DNA of 64,000 bases from positions 3,833-67,832 of the forward strand of contig CALMAI010000004.1 in assembly GCA_937858825.1 (NCBI GenBank), written 5' to 3'. Both the position numbers and the translations under genes were made by a program. The DNA is from an uncultured Candidatus Peregrinibacteria bacterium (GTDB lineage: Bacteria; Patescibacteriota; Gracilibacteria; UBA1369). Below, piece after piece: positions 8,908-19,165 of the stretch (within the stretch, counting starts at the first letter, position 1; each line of letters opens with the position of its first letter). The notes under the pieces were generated by a model, which was not told where the DNA came from, did not search any database, and was given only the letters and a program-made list of their open reading frames with translations.

Positions 8908-10149
8908 TTAGGCGCGGGTGATGTCTCGGTGATGGAAAAGATTAACGGTCCAATCTATCGCAATTTTGATTTTTTTGGATGAAGAGATGAATTTAAAAAG
9001 GTAGACGGTGCGCCAGAGCCACCATGCGATTGGGCCGGACCAGTTGACGCCAAGTGTGTGTCCCAGTGCGCCCCATTGACCTATTGAAACGAGTTCGCCT
9101 TTGGAATGATATTTGAAAGATTTGAGCGGTTTTTGCTGGATGCTGGCGGCAATGTTGTCGGCTACTGTTTTGGCTTGCTGTACCGCAACTTGTGCGAGCA
9201 TAGGAAGTGGTTTGCCGGATTGATGTTCGTAAGATGCCACATCTCCGAGTGCGAAAATGTGAGGATGATCTTTGATTTGAAGATGTTGATTCACTTTAAG
9301 CCGTCTGGATGAATCGGTAGCGATTTCTTGATTGATTTTTGGTGGATTGGCTTTAACTCCAGCGGTCCAGATGACATTGTTTACCGGCAGTGTTTCTCCG
9401 CTTGAGAGTCGAATGTGATCTTTTTCTATGGAAGTGACGCCGCTGTTGAGTTTGATTTGTACTTTCTTTTTGGTGAGCGCTTGGAGTGCTTTTTTGCGAA
9501 GATATGGATTGAACTGTGGTAAAAGTTCCGGGCCGCGGTTGATGATGTAGAGGTTTACATCTCCGGCTTCGATATCCTGACAGTAATATTTACAGAAGGT
9601 TTTGTAGAAGAAATCTGAAGCTTCGCCGGCGACCTCCACGCCAGTGGCTCCTCCACCCACGATGGCAAAACTGAGAAGCTTTTTACGCTCTTTGGCATCC
9701 TTTACTTTTGATGCTTTTTCGAAATTATCGATGAAATAGTTCCGGAGTTTTATGGCTTCGCCAAGGCTTTTTATTGTGAATGCGTTTTCTTTGGCACCTG
9801 GTATGTCGTAGAAATTGGTGGTCGCGCCGGTGGCAATAACAAGGTAATCAAAATTGATATCTCCAACATTGGTATGAACTTTTTTTGCATCAAAATCGAC
9901 CGATTTAATATTGGCAACGTAGAGATTGGTATCGGAATCGTAAATGATTTCTCTTAATGATTCGACGATTTGGTGATGTCCAAGTCCACCAGTCGCGACT
10001 TCGTGGAGCATTGGAGTAAAAAGGAAGTGGTTCGTTTTGTTGACGAGGATGATGTCGGCTTCTGAGGGCTTGAGTTTTTTGCGAAGGTGGAGATAGGTAT
10101 AAATTCCACCAAAGCCAGCCCCGAGGATGACAATTTTGGGTTTGTTCAT
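8908..10149 (-). CDS. ndh: Type II NADH dehydrogenase (NDH-2), FAD-dependent pyridine nucleotide-disulfide oxidoreductase
   Basis: Start moved to MNKPKIVILGAGFGGIY (ATG 10149) because the track start overlaps the upstream gene. Two Rossmann GxGxxG motifs (GAGFGG, GGGATG) and 'FALGDVA'. Confidence 0.85.
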   Translation of the reverse strand: MNKPKIVILGAGFGGIYTYLHLRKKLKPSEADIILVNKTNHFLFTPMLHEVATGGLGHHQIVESLREIIYDSDTNLYVANIKSVDFDAKKVHTNVGDINFDYLVIATGATTNFYDIPGAKENAFTIKSLGEAIKLRNYFIDNFEKASKVKDAKERKKLLSFAIVGGGATGVEVAGEASDFFYKTFCKYYCQDIEAGDVNLYIINRGPELLPQFNPYLRKKALQALTKKKVQIKLNSGVTSIEKDHIRLSSGETLPVNNVIWTAGVKANPPKINQEIATDSSRRLKVNQHLQIKDHPHIFALGDVASYEHQSGKPLPMLAQVAVQQAKTVADNIAASIQQKPLKSFKYHSKGELVSIGQWGALGHTLGVNWSGPIAWWLWRTVYLFKFISSSKKIKIAIDWTVNLFHHRDITRA

Positions 10150-10159
10150 GTTGGGTTGC

Positions 10160-10627
10160 CTAATTGAGAATGAGGACGCTGTAGGTGAGGTAACTGGCAA
10201 AGGTTACCCAGCAGAGATAAGGGATGAGAAGGATTGCGGCAATTCTGTGAATTGGCCATGCCAATATGATGAGTGCAATAATGCTGATTTTTAGGAACAT
10301 AGCCTCAAACAGGGCTAATCCAATATTGTGCATGCCAAAAAATATGTATGACCAAAGAAGGTTGAGAGCAGCGTTGGCGATGAATGTGTAGGTGAGAAGT
10401 TTTCTTCTTTTTTTTAAATTTCCACGAAGTTTGAGTGTCCAAATAAGGATCGCGGAGATGGCGGTGAGAATGTAGATAATGGTCCAGGCTATGCTGTAGG
10501 TATTGCCGTTTGGAATGCTGGCTGGGAGGTTGAGATTGCTATACCAGCCAAGACCAGCTTCTGTAATGAATCCGCCGCCAATGGCGACAAGGAATGTGAC
10601 AGCGACAATAACAAGATACTTATGCAT
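10160..10627 (-). CDS. tspO: TspO/MBR family tryptophan-rich sensory protein
   Basis: 155 aa, 5 TM. 'GWYSNLNLPASIPNGNTYSIAWTIIYIL' and 'NLLWSYIFFG' match TspO motifs. Confidence 0.75.
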   Translation of the reverse strand: MHKYLVIVAVTFLVAIGGGFITEAGLGWYSNLNLPASIPNGNTYSIAWTIIYILTAISAILIWTLKLRGNLKKRRKLLTYTFIANAALNLLWSYIFFGMHNIGLALFEAMFLKISIIALIILAWPIHRIAAILLIPYLCWVTFASYLTYSVLILN

Positions 10628-10638
10628 AGTGGTGGATT

Positions 10639-11088
10639 TTATTGTTGTTCGCTGAAGCGAACTGGCATTTCGAAGAATTCTGGTTCCGGACCGTCTTCAC
10701 CTGCCGGGGATGATTGTATGAATATTAGTTTTCCTTCGGTTGCTTCCGGTGGATCAAATGTGATGGTTGATTCAAATGGAACAAAGTCGGTGGTCATCCA
10801 GTTGTCGGTGGCATAGGCCGGAGCTTTTGCAATTTCCTGTCCGTCGGCTGTTTGGAGTTCAATATCAAAAACGGCTTCAAACATCCAATTCCCACGGACC
10901 TCTCCTTTAATATCCAGAGGACTGGACACTACCTGATGTGGCGTCACGTTATCGATTTTTATGGATGCCACTTTTTGCGTGTTTTCATTTTCCGGTTTTG
11001 TTTGAACTTGGTTGGAGGTGGATTCGGGTGTGGTCTGACATCCGGCAAGTGTTGCTACAAGGATGAGTCCAATAATGGCTTTTTTCAT
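10639..11088 (-). CDS. Lipoprotein with Gmad2-type immunoglobulin-like domain
   Basis: Lipobox LVATLAGC. 'SSPLDIKGEVRGNWMFEAVFDIELQTADGQEI...TDFVPFESTITF' resembles the Gmad2 (GerMN-associated) Ig-like domain. Confidence 0.6.
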   Translation of the reverse strand: MKKAIIGLILVATLAGCQTTPESTSNQVQTKPENENTQKVASIKIDNVTPHQVVSSPLDIKGEVRGNWMFEAVFDIELQTADGQEIAKAPAYATDNWMTTDFVPFESTITFDPPEATEGKLIFIQSSPAGEDGPEPEFFEMPVRFSEQQ

Positions 11089-11098
11089 AGTATGAAAG

Positions 11099-11662
11099 TT
11101 AAGTGGTTTGTTCTAAGTTTTGTCTGCCCCATTTGAGGGTTGTGGCCATCCAGATCAGCTCTTTATAGGTTCTTTCGATGCGGGAGATGTAGGCTTCATC
11201 AAGGAGTTTTCCTTCTTCATCAAAGAGTTTGCTGACAAATGGGAAATTGACATCGGTGAAGGTGACAGCGAGACCCATTTCACGTGCTGATGGGACGAAG
11301 GCTTCGATTGCGCGGACGCCGCCCCATGGTCCGTTGGAGACTCCGGCGAAGGCAACAGGTTTGTGGACATAGTTCTTCAGTTCGCTGTCCATGAATCTTT
11401 TAAGGGTTCCCGGATAGCCGTGATTGTATTCTGGAATGACCAGAAAAAATGCGTCGGCTTTCGCAGAAATTTCTGAATATTTGGGATCTTTATTTTCTTC
11501 ATCGTTGCCGTCGAAGGGCATGTTGAAATCGTTTGGATCTAATAATTGGCTTTCGACCTCGGGGAGTTTGCCGGCGACTTCATGAATAAGTTTTGCTACG
11601 TTAAAAGATCGTCTTTTTGGGCGGGTGGTTCCAGCTATAACAGGAATAAACAGTTTTTCCAT
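11099..11662 (-). CDS. NAD(P)H-dependent FMN reductase family oxidoreductase
   Basis: 187 aa. 'IAGTTRPKRRS', 'FFLVIPEYNHGYPGTLK' and 'GVSNGPWGG' are typical of the FMN_red family. Confidence 0.8.
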   Translation of the reverse strand: MEKLFIPVIAGTTRPKRRSFNVAKLIHEVAGKLPEVESQLLDPNDFNMPFDGNDEENKDPKYSEISAKADAFFLVIPEYNHGYPGTLKRFMDSELKNYVHKPVAFAGVSNGPWGGVRAIEAFVPSAREMGLAVTFTDVNFPFVSKLFDEEGKLLDEAYISRIERTYKELIWMATTLKWGRQNLEQTT

Positions 11663-11781
11663 ATAGACTTTTATTTTTTATAGTATGCCATTAAAGGTTC
11701 TTTTTTGTAAGTGGAACTCGCTTGTGTTTTTTTTGTGAGTTTTGCTATTGTTCGCTTGGTTATTTTTTTACTTTTTACTTT

Positions 11782-12321
11782 ATGGATTTTTCAAGTCATA
11801 CAATAGGTGGAGTTGGTCTTGAGCAGTATGCAAAGCTTTGCGCGCTTATGGCGAACACACAACCGGAAGAAACCGACAAGCATGCGGAAATTGCAGCTGC
11901 AAATGGTGTTTCCAAGGAAAATTGGGAGGAAGCGAAGAAAGGATGGACTGAAATGATGATGGATCCTCAGCACGCAATGGCGATCCAACAGATTTTTATG
12001 CCAACATATCAGAAGGCTCTTGAAGAGGCTTCTGGTGGCGAAGAGCCATGTTCTTTGGATAATTATGCTCGTATTAAAGCAGCAATGATCTATGAAAAAG
12101 ATCCAAACAATCCGGAAGAAAAGATTCCATATGAACAGGTGCTTGAACGAGAAGGATTTACTCCTACCAAGTGGGCAACAGTTGAGAGTTACTGGACACC
12201 GCGAATAAGCAAGGATGAACATGGCCGGTTGCAGGAAGGGAAGTTTGATGAAGCTGCTGCTGCAAAGTTTGGTGAACTGATGCAGAAGTACGCGGATGAA
12301 ATTATGGGAATCGAGCGATAG
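11782..12321 (+). CDS. Hypothetical soluble protein
   Basis: Start moved to ATG 11782 (MDFSSHTIGG...) because the upstream part of the track ORF is Cys/Phe-rich junk. No motif recognised. Confidence 0.6.
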   Translation: MDFSSHTIGGVGLEQYAKLCALMANTQPEETDKHAEIAAANGVSKENWEEAKKGWTEMMMDPQHAMAIQQIFMPTYQKALEEASGGEEPCSLDNYARIKAAMIYEKDPNNPEEKIPYEQVLEREGFTPTKWATVESYWTPRISKDEHGRLQEGKFDEAAAAKFGELMQKYADEIMGIER

Positions 12322-12342
12322 TTATTCAACGCCCTAGAAAAC

Positions 12343-13038
12343 TCAGGAAGAGGTCGCCAAGGAGGCGACCTCTTTTTTTGTGAGGTGGCGCCATTTACCG
12401 CGGGCAAGTCCTTCCAGAGTTATGGTTCCAACACGCACACGTTTGAGAATTTTTATTTCGTAGCCAAGTTTTTCGCACATGCGGCGGATTTGTCGGTTCA
12501 TGCCCTGAATGAGGATCATGCGGATTTGCCGGTTGTTGATTTTACTGACTTTGGCTGGGAGGGTTGTCTGACCATCCAGGTCGATTCCATCACACATTTT
12601 TTGGACGTGCTCATCGGTGATGGATTTGTTGAGAGTGACCAGATACTCCTTTTCCAGTTTATGTTTGGATTTGAGAATACGATTCACGATGTCTCCATCG
12701 TTGGTGAGGAGAATGAGTCCAGAAGAGTGGACGTCGAGGCGGCCGATTGGGTAGACGCGTGTTTTGAGGTCGATGTAGTCCATGACAGTGTTTTCGCTGT
12801 TTTTGTCGGTTGTGGTTATAACGCCGAACGGTTTATGGAACGCGATGTAAATCTTTTGATTTTGAATTTTGACCGGTTTTCCGTTCACGGTGATGGTGTC
12901 TTCTTCGGAAACGGTTGCTCCGAGTTCTGCTTTTTTACCGTTGATGTTTACTTTTCCTGCCTGAATAAGCTTGTCAGCTTCGCGTCTGGAGCAGATGCCG
13001 GTTTCGGCAATAAACTTGTTGATTCGTATTTTTTCCAT
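12343..13038 (-). CDS. Pseudouridine synthase, RsuA/RluB family (S4 domain + catalytic domain)
   Basis: 231 aa. S4 domain 'RINKFIAETGICSRREADKLIQAGKVNING' and catalytic 'GRLDVHSSGLILLTNDG'. Confidence 0.9.
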   Translation of the reverse strand: MEKIRINKFIAETGICSRREADKLIQAGKVNINGKKAELGATVSEEDTITVNGKPVKIQNQKIYIAFHKPFGVITTTDKNSENTVMDYIDLKTRVYPIGRLDVHSSGLILLTNDGDIVNRILKSKHKLEKEYLVTLNKSITDEHVQKMCDGIDLDGQTTLPAKVSKINNRQIRMILIQGMNRQIRRMCEKLGYEIKILKRVRVGTITLEGLARGKWRHLTKKEVASLATSS

Positions 13039-13052
13039 GGTGAGAATGTTCT

Positions 13053-14972
13053 TTAAAAATTTTTAACCCGATGTTTTGCGCGAACCTCTTTCATAATGTT
13101 TTTGAGCCGTGTGGCAAGTTCTTTAAATTCGCCGTTGGAGTTTGTGTCGAGGCCTTTTTTCTGTGCTTTTTCAATGTAAAGGGCGCTGTTAATGAGTCCA
13201 ATGTGGCTGTATGCCTGAGGATAGTTTCCCAGAGCAATGTTGTCTTTTGGATCGAACTCTTCTGCTAAAAGTCCTGTAGGGCTGGTGCATTCGAGTATTT
13301 TAAAGAAGAGGCTTTTGGCTTCCTGGATCCGGCCTGAGTAGGCGAGTACATCTATGAGCCAGAAAGAGCAAAGGAGGAATGCTCCTTCTTCGCCTTTCAG
13401 TCCGTCGTCGGTGCGGTGTTCGTAGCGGTAGACGAGTCCTTCTTTGGTGGTGATTCTTTTGAGGACGGCGTTGAGTGTTCCCTGAATGCGTGGGTCGTCG
13501 AAGGGGAGAAATTTGTAGATTGGTATGAGGAGGCAGGTGGCATCGATAATGTCTGATCCATAGGCCTGAACGAAGCTGTTAATTTTGGAATTGAATCCTT
13601 TTTCCAGGATGTCTTCGTGAATTTGTTGGCGTACGGCAGTCCATTTTTCTCGTGGACAATCTTTTTCATGCTTGTCTGCCATTTTGATCGCACGGTCCAA
13701 GGCAACCCAGCACATGAGTTTTGAGTGAACGAAATGTTGGTATCCGCCACGAACTTCCCAGATTCCTGCGTCTTTGGTATTCCATACGTCGCAGACGTAA
13801 TCGACAATTTTGCTTAAAAATTTCCATTCGCGATCAGAGATGTCGATGCCGAAGCGGCTGGTTTCATAGAAGGCGTTGACGAGTTCGCCATAGATGTCGA
13901 GTTGTTTTTGTTTGGCGGCTCCGTTTCCAATACGAACCGGTTTTGAATCCATGTAGCCGGAAAGATGGTCGAGGGTTTGTTCTTCCAAATCTTTTTCTCC
14001 ATGAAGTCCGTACATAATCTGGATCTCTTCCGGGGCGGTGTTTTCGGTACAGATTTTCATGAACCATTCCAGATTTTTGCGAGCCTCTTTTACGTAGCCG
14101 AGCTTGTAGAGGGCGCGCACGGTGAAGGCGGCATCGCGGATCCAGTTGAAGCGGTAGTCCCAGTTGCGCTCACCCCCAATGTGTTCGGGGAGGGATGTGG
14201 TGGCTGCCGCGCAGATGGCGCCGGTCATATCCTGGATGAGCAGTTTCAGAACGAGTCCTGAACGAATAATCACGTCTTTCCACGGCCCGGTAAAAAGTCC
14301 ACTTTCGGGTTGGCAGACATCGCAGTCATTAATCCAGCTTCGCCAGAATGCAATTGTTGTTTCCAGTGCTTTTTGGCATTGTTCCTCCATGAGACGGCGA
14401 TCGTCATTGTATTGAAGAGCAACCCAAGCGCTTTCACCTTGCTTTAGATTTATGCTCCCTGTGGCTCCTTTGGAGTTAACTTCAAGAGGGATAGAGGTGT
14501 CGATGTAGAGTGACTCTTTGTGATTATTGGCGACTGCCCCGCGATCTGTTTTTTCGAAAGACATGCTTGAGCGCGCGTAGTCAAAGTGGGGTTGGAATTC
14601 CAGATTTATTTCTCCTTTTCCTTTTACGCAGGTGATTTTTCGAATGAGTGTTGGGAAGGTATTTTCATACGGTTTTTCGACATGCTTTACTGGCATGAAA
14701 TCGGTCAAAACAAATGACCCGGTTTGTGTTTTGAAATGAGTTTCCAGAACATTGGTGTTCTTGATGTACTTTTGTCTGGATTTGAACTTTTTTGAAGGTT
14801 GGATAGTGCAATGACCTCCTTTGTCTTTGTCCAACATGACAGCAAAAACGCTCGGGGAGTTGATGTGAGGGATGCAGTACCAGTCGATTGATCCATTTTT
14901 GCCGATGAGGGCAACTGTTAAGAGATCTCCAATAATGCTGTAGTCGTTGATGTGGAGTTCTTTACTTTTCAT
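13053..14972 (-). CDS. Glycoside hydrolase family 15 (glucoamylase / trehalase-like)
   Basis: Start moved to [17 protein letters not shown] (ATG 14972). '[26 protein letters not shown]', '[16 protein letters not shown]', 'IWEVRGG' and 'LLAEEFDP' are GH15 hallmarks. Confidence 0.85.
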   Translation of the reverse strand: MKSKELHINDYSIIGDLLTVALIGKNGSIDWYCIPHINSPSVFAVMLDKDKGGHCTIQPSKKFKSRQKYIKNTNVLETHFKTQTGSFVLTDFMPVKHVEKPYENTFPTLIRKITCVKGKGEINLEFQPHFDYARSSMSFEKTDRGAVANNHKESLYIDTSIPLEVNSKGATGSINLKQGESAWVALQYNDDRRLMEEQCQKALETTIAFWRSWINDCDVCQPESGLFTGPWKDVIIRSGLVLKLLIQDMTGAICAAATTSLPEHIGGERNWDYRFNWIRDAAFTVRALYKLGYVKEARKNLEWFMKICTENTAPEEIQIMYGLHGEKDLEEQTLDHLSGYMDSKPVRIGNGAAKQKQLDIYGELVNAFYETSRFGIDISDREWKFLSKIVDYVCDVWNTKDAGIWEVRGGYQHFVHSKLMCWVALDRAIKMADKHEKDCPREKWTAVRQQIHEDILEKGFNSKINSFVQAYGSDIIDATCLLIPIYKFLPFDDPRIQGTLNAVLKRITTKEGLVYRYEHRTDDGLKGEEGAFLLCSFWLIDVLAYSGRIQEAKSLFFKILECTSPTGLLAEEFDPKDNIALGNYPQAYSHIGLINSALYIEKAQKKGLDTNSNGEFKELATRLKNIMKEVRAKHRVKNF

Positions 14973-15396
14973 TGGTGTCCTCTTTCTTTTTAAAGTCGAG
15001 AGCCGCGGAGTTAATGCAGTACCGTTTTCCTGAATCTGTTGGGCCGTCGTCGAAAACATGGCCTAAATGTGCGTCGCATTTTTTGCAACGGACTTCGGTG
15101 CGAATCATCCCATGACTGGTGTCTTCCAGCAACTTAATATGTTCCAGATTTTTAGGATCGGAAAAGCTTGGCCATCCGGATCCGGAATCGAATTTGGTGT
15201 CAGATGAGAAGAGTTCGGCTCCGCAGCAGACACACATATATGTTCCAGACTCTTTGTTTTTGTAGTATTTGCCGGTAAAGGGAGCTTCTGTCCCGCCTTT
15301 GCGGGTGATGTTGTACTGTTCGTCGGTCAGTTTTTCTTTCCAGTCGTTATCGGTCATTTCATTCATATCTTTTTTAGAGTTTTGATCGTCAGTCAT
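14962..15396 (-). CDS. msrB: Peptide-methionine (R)-S-oxide reductase MsrB
   Basis: SelR domain: '[26 protein letters not shown]' and '[21 protein letters not shown]'. Confidence 0.92.
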   Translation of the reverse strand: MTDDQNSKKDMNEMTDNDWKEKLTDEQYNITRKGGTEAPFTGKYYKNKESGTYMCVCCGAELFSSDTKFDSGSGWPSFSDPKNLEHIKLLEDTSHGMIRTEVRCKKCDAHLGHVFDDGPTDSGKRYCINSAALDFKKKEDTNEK

Positions 15397-15423
15397 GTGA
15401 AAGGGTTAAGGAGTTGTGTGTTA

Positions 15424-16392
15424 TTAGTCGGCGTATTGAATGAGAGAATCTTTTATAAGAAGATAGTCTGCTTTGTGGCGGTCGTAAGCTTCCTGATTTT
15501 TGTATTGAATTGACCAGGTGTAGCGGGTTTGTGATCCGTCTGGTCCGGTAAAGAGATTGTCTTCGATAGATCTTGTATAGAGGCCGTCTTTGGCTTCGAA
15601 GGTTTTCCAGGTGGTGGTTCGGGTTGTTCCTGTTCCCAGGCTTGAGTTGGAGTCGGTTGAGGTTGTGGTTTTTGTGGCTACTTCGTCTTCGTTACTTCTT
15701 TGGAAAAGGTTTGTTGGCTCTCCGCTCCAGAGTGGTGAATACAGTTCGATTATTACTGTGTCATCGGTGGAAATGAGTTTTCCATAGTCTGTATCGGCGG
15801 CTTGAACCATGAATGTTGATGGATAGGTCAGGCTAAAATAGTCTTTAGCATAGCTTTGGAGGTTGTCGGGTTCATTTTCTTCGTTTGGGAATGGTGGTTC
15901 GTAGAAGATGTAGAGTAGTTCGTGAGCTTCGAGCAGGAGATCGTCACCAGTTTTACTTTCGGCATCTTCGGGAAAATGCAAAGTTTGACTTTCTACTGTT
16001 GTCTTGGATTCGTCAAATTCTGGATCAATGATGTGTGCGTTGTATGTGTGGAGTGTTGTTATGGCTGCGAATGGTTCGTCGCTGTCTTCGTAGAAAAATT
16101 CGTTTACTCGTTTTCCTGTTTCTCCAAAATGTGTGACCTTAATTTTTCGAATTTGATTATCGATTTCATAAAAGGTGGCAATGGATCCTTCGGTTGAAAA
16201 TCCTTCCAGTTCTTTGGTTGTTATGGTGGCGTTTGCTACTTCGGCATTGATCTTACTGAAAATGTCTTCCTGGATTTCCTGCTCTGGAATTTCTGTTTCA
16301 GTTTGAGTATTTGGTTCCGGAGATTGAGGCGCTTGCAGCAGGTTACATCCTGCAAGAGCTAAAGTGGTGATAAGAAGAAGAGTTTTTTTCAT
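15424..16392 (-). CDS. Hypothetical lipoprotein
   Basis: Lipobox LALAGC followed by an acidic linker. No catalytic motif recognised. Confidence 0.65.
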   Translation of the reverse strand: MKKTLLLITTLALAGCNLLQAPQSPEPNTQTETEIPEQEIQEDIFSKINAEVANATITTKELEGFSTEGSIATFYEIDNQIRKIKVTHFGETGKRVNEFFYEDSDEPFAAITTLHTYNAHIIDPEFDESKTTVESQTLHFPEDAESKTGDDLLLEAHELLYIFYEPPFPNEENEPDNLQSYAKDYFSLTYPSTFMVQAADTDYGKLISTDDTVIIELYSPLWSGEPTNLFQRSNEDEVATKTTTSTDSNSSLGTGTTRTTTWKTFEAKDGLYTRSIEDNLFTGPDGSQTRYTWSIQYKNQEAYDRHKADYLLIKDSLIQYAD

Positions 16393-16455
16393 GGTGATGT
16401 TTATGTCTTGGAGTAACTATATCATGGCTTCAGGATTTCATGTTAGGATTGCTGT

Positions 16456-16836
16456 ATGGAAATGCATAAAGATTTACCGGTTTTCACATTTGAGAATCAA
16501 AAGGAGTGTTTGGACTGGCTGAAAAAGCATCATGGGCAGGAGGGGGCGGTTTGGTTTAAGTTCGCGAAAAAGGCAGCGAATATTCCATCGGTTACATATG
16601 CAGAAGCTCGTGAGGCGGCCATTATGTATGGATGGATTGATGGTCTGAAGAATACGTATGACGAGAATTTTTATGTTTTGAGATTTACGGCGCGGCGTCC
16701 AAAGAGTAAATGGTCGAAAATTAATCGAGGTATTGCTGAAGAGCTCATGAAATCGGGTAAAATGAAGGCAGCTGGCCAAAAAGAGGTTGATGCTGCCAGG
16801 AAAGATGGTCGTTGGGAGGAAGCCTTGAAAGCTTAG
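16456..16836 (+). CDS. YdeI/OmdA family protein (DUF1801-associated)
   Basis: 126 aa. 'WLKKHHGQEGAVWFKFAKK...YAEAREAAIMYGWIDG...RRPKSKWSKIN' matches the YdeI/OmpD-associated family pattern. Confidence 0.6.
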   Translation: MEMHKDLPVFTFENQKECLDWLKKHHGQEGAVWFKFAKKAANIPSVTYAEAREAAIMYGWIDGLKNTYDENFYVLRFTARRPKSKWSKINRGIAEELMKSGKMKAAGQKEVDAARKDGRWEEALKA

Positions 16837-17174
16837 ATATCTTTCCCGTTGTAGTGCTCGAGTGTGAGTTTAGATATGTCTACACCTTCAAGGCAGCGGA
16901 CATTGATTCCAACCTGAGGAAACGTTATGCCCTTGGCGAAAGATTGGGTCCCGCAGTTTTTGCAGAAAAGATGATCGATTCCTTTAGTGTTGAATTGATA
17001 CGAAGTGAGTTGGTCTTCTCCTTTGGTGATTCGGAACTTTCCCTGGTCAACAAAGTTGAGGATTAATCCTTTCATGTGGCAGTGGGAGCAGTTGCAGTCG
17101 ATAACTCTGGCAAGGTCGGTGTCGACTTCGTATTGTACTGCGCCGCAGTGGCATGATCCTTTATATGTTTTCAT
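16833..17174 (-). CDS. GFA (CENP-V / glutathione-dependent formaldehyde-activating-like) family protein
   Basis: 113 aa. Zinc-binding Cys pattern 'GSCHCGAV...CNCSHCHMKG...FCKNCGT'. Confidence 0.8.
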   Translation of the reverse strand: MKTYKGSCHCGAVQYEVDTDLARVIDCNCSHCHMKGLILNFVDQGKFRITKGEDQLTSYQFNTKGIDHLFCKNCGTQSFAKGITFPQVGINVRCLEGVDISKLTLEHYNGKDI

Positions 17175-17186
17175 GGTGGATGAAGG

Positions 17187-17513
17187 TTATATTATGATTG
17201 TTTTTAGCCATGATTCAGCTTGTTCGATGGAGGTGAAGAATCGAACGCAATTGTGATTTTTGTGGTCGCGAATGAGTTCTGTTATCCGTTCGCCCAAACC
17301 ATGATCGTCTGGAAGGACGATTGCTATGGGGAAGTTGTAGGTTGTGAGTTTTTGGAATACTTCTCCAGCTATTCTATTTTTAAGGTCAAAGAAATTTGGA
17401 TCAATGTCTTCCTGGGTGAAAATGCAACCGGGGAGTCCGCTTCCAATAATGTCCATGGCATCGTTGACGTTCTGGAGCTTTAGATTATGGGTTTTTGCTC
17501 GAAGATTTTCCAT
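17187..17513 (-). CDS. DUF4180-like protein
   Basis: 108 aa. 'DPNFFDLKNRIAGEVFQKLTTYNFPIAIVLPD...AESWL' resembles DUF4180 members. Confidence 0.45.
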   Translation of the reverse strand: MENLRAKTHNLKLQNVNDAMDIIGSGLPGCIFTQEDIDPNFFDLKNRIAGEVFQKLTTYNFPIAIVLPDDHGLGERITELIRDHKNHNCVRFFTSIEQAESWLKTIII

Positions 17514-17540
17514 GTGTTTATGGATATGGGGATGAAATTA

Positions 17541-17630
17541 TGGCGGAGAGAGGGGGATTCGAACCCCCGAGACCCTTGCGAGTCTACCCGCTTTCCAAGC
17601 GAGCGCACTAGGCCACTATGCGACCTCTCC
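17541..17630 (-). tRNA. tRNA-Ser (anticodon GGA), CCA encoded
   Basis: Reverse complement GGAGAGG...CTCGC-TTGGAAA-GCGGG...long variable arm...GGGGGTTCGAATCCCCC-TCTCTCC-G-CCA. 90 nt, cloverleaf checked by hand. Confidence 0.9.
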
Positions 17631-17689
17631 ATATTTGGGTAGCAAAAAAGGGTGTCGTTATTGTAACACCCTTTTTGAAGTTGAAAACA

Positions 17690-17953
17690 TTAAGCCTGTC
17701 GAGACTTTGCGTTTCGTTTTTCACTCTTCTTTACGAGCTTTTTAAGCTCTGCAGAGAATTTTCCCGGATTTTTGAGGAGGGTTCGTTGTGCTCGAGTACT
17801 CAATCGTACCTTCACTTTCTTACCAGTTACTGGGTCAACGATCGTTTTCTTGCTTGTGTTTGGAAGAAATCGCCGTTTGGTCGCTCGCATTGAGTGACTT
17901 CGATTATTACCAGTTGCTGGTTTTTTCCCTGTTAATTGACAAATTTTTGCCAT
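17690..17953 (-). CDS. rpmB: 50S ribosomal protein L28 (with basic C-terminal extension)
   Basis: [32 protein letters not shown] is the canonical L28 N-terminus. 87 aa with a Lys-rich tail. Confidence 0.92.
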   Translation of the reverse strand: MAKICQLTGKKPATGNNRSHSMRATKRRFLPNTSKKTIVDPVTGKKVKVRLSTRAQRTLLKNPGKFSAELKKLVKKSEKRNAKSRQA

Positions 17954-18010
17954 ACAATGAGGTTAAAGCCATAGCAGTCTACCACGCTTTTTTGAATTTG
18001 CAAGTTTCAC

Positions 18011-18661
18011 ATGGACTTTTTTTATCTTCTCTATCTGGTTGTCGGCCTTATTGTTGTCATTACTATTCATGAGTTTTCGCACGCATGGGTGGCAAATGCG
18101 CTTGGCGATCCTACTGCGCGGCTTGAAGGGCGTGTTTCTTTGAATCCTCTCAAGCATTTGGACCCTTTGGGGACGATTTTGATTTTTTTGATTCAGATTG
18201 GTTGGGGTAAGCCGGTTCCGGTGAATCCAAGCTATTTTAAGAAGCCGAAACGAGATGAAGCCCTTACGGCCCTGGCTGGCCCTTTGTCGAATCTGTTGAT
18301 AGCTATCCTTTTTTCTATCCCGCTGAAGTACGCGAGCGGATTTTTAGCGGGCTTAGCGATTGGAGAGGAGCCGATTGGGTTTGAATTGGTTTCTGCCATT
18401 GTTGATATGAGTATTGTGCTGTTTGCTTTTAATATGTTGCCTTTTCCACCTCTGGATGGGTCGAAATTTGTCCAACTTTTGATTCCAAAGAGGTTTGAAT
18501 CTGCGTATCGGAACTATTTAAGGAATGGACAGATGTACTTTTTGTTGTTTTTGCTTTTTGACCGGTTCTTTTTAGGGCGAATTTTGGGATTTTCGGCTTT
18601 GGCCTGGTTTGTGGGGACTGTTTATTTCTTGGTTAAGAATGCAATTTTCCTTGGTATTTAG
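18011..18661 (+). CDS. Site-2 protease family (M50) membrane metalloprotease
   Basis: HEFSHAWVANALGD (HExxH) in the first TM region, 'FNMLPFPPLDG' (NxxPxxxLDG-like), and multiple TM helices. Confidence 0.85.
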   Translation: MDFFYLLYLVVGLIVVITIHEFSHAWVANALGDPTARLEGRVSLNPLKHLDPLGTILIFLIQIGWGKPVPVNPSYFKKPKRDEALTALAGPLSNLLIAILFSIPLKYASGFLAGLAIGEEPIGFELVSAIVDMSIVLFAFNMLPFPPLDGSKFVQLLIPKRFESAYRNYLRNGQMYFLLFLLFDRFFLGRILGFSALAWFVGTVYFLVKNAIFLGI

Positions 18662-19165
18662 AGGATTTGTGTTCTGGTTTCTTGCCATTTTTCAAGTATT
18701 AGTAGTATCATTCATTGGATGCTACAACAGCTAGTATTGGCTTCTTGTAAAGGAAAAGCTTGATTTTTTTGGTAAGAAGGATTAATGTTATCTCACTCTG
18801 GGGTGTTCGTAAGAAGACCTTATATACTCTCTCTTCGTAATGACTAAGGGAGTTCAAGATCGGTTCGGACTGTGGTCTGAACATGAGAACACCCACCTAT
18901 TGGATGCTGGGGGTACAGTATCCATAAGGTTGAACGCCATCCTGGAGCACATATGAATCATTCTGCGGCGTCTGCTGGAGATAATTTATCGTCGCCGTAT
19001 GCCTACGGCTCCTACGAGATTTTCTTGTACAATTTTATATTTTCAACCCCAGGATTAAGAGGGCTGTTTGACGTATTGCTAAATTCGTTTTGGATAAGTG
19101 TTCACGTGAACAGTTTGTTCGTATAGAAATCTCTGCCAACCGGTGTTTTTTTGGAAATTTAATTT

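Noticed and set aside
12385-13056. Long antisense ORFs in the track, for example 12385..13056(+), 38676..39467(+), 40386..40913(+), 49027..49539(-), 50468..51058(-), 25848..26345(+), 3763..4206(+), 27386..27751(-) and 43869..44252(-).
   Set aside because: Each lies opposite a gene with strong family motifs and has a skewed, low-complexity composition (Phe/Val/Gly-rich or His/Pro/Arg-rich) typical of shadow frames.
18662-19165. tmRNA, RNase P RNA or SRP RNA in the long intergenic gap.
   Set aside because: I looked on both strands for the tmRNA ends (GGGG…/…TTCGA.TCC…CCACCA) and an Ala-initiated tag ending in AA. I also looked for RNase P 'GAGGAAAGTCCGG' / 'ACAGAA.CCGGCTTA' and the SRP 'GGAAG.AGCAGC' core. 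None is present; 'CAGTCCGAAC' on the minus strand is only a partial resemblance.
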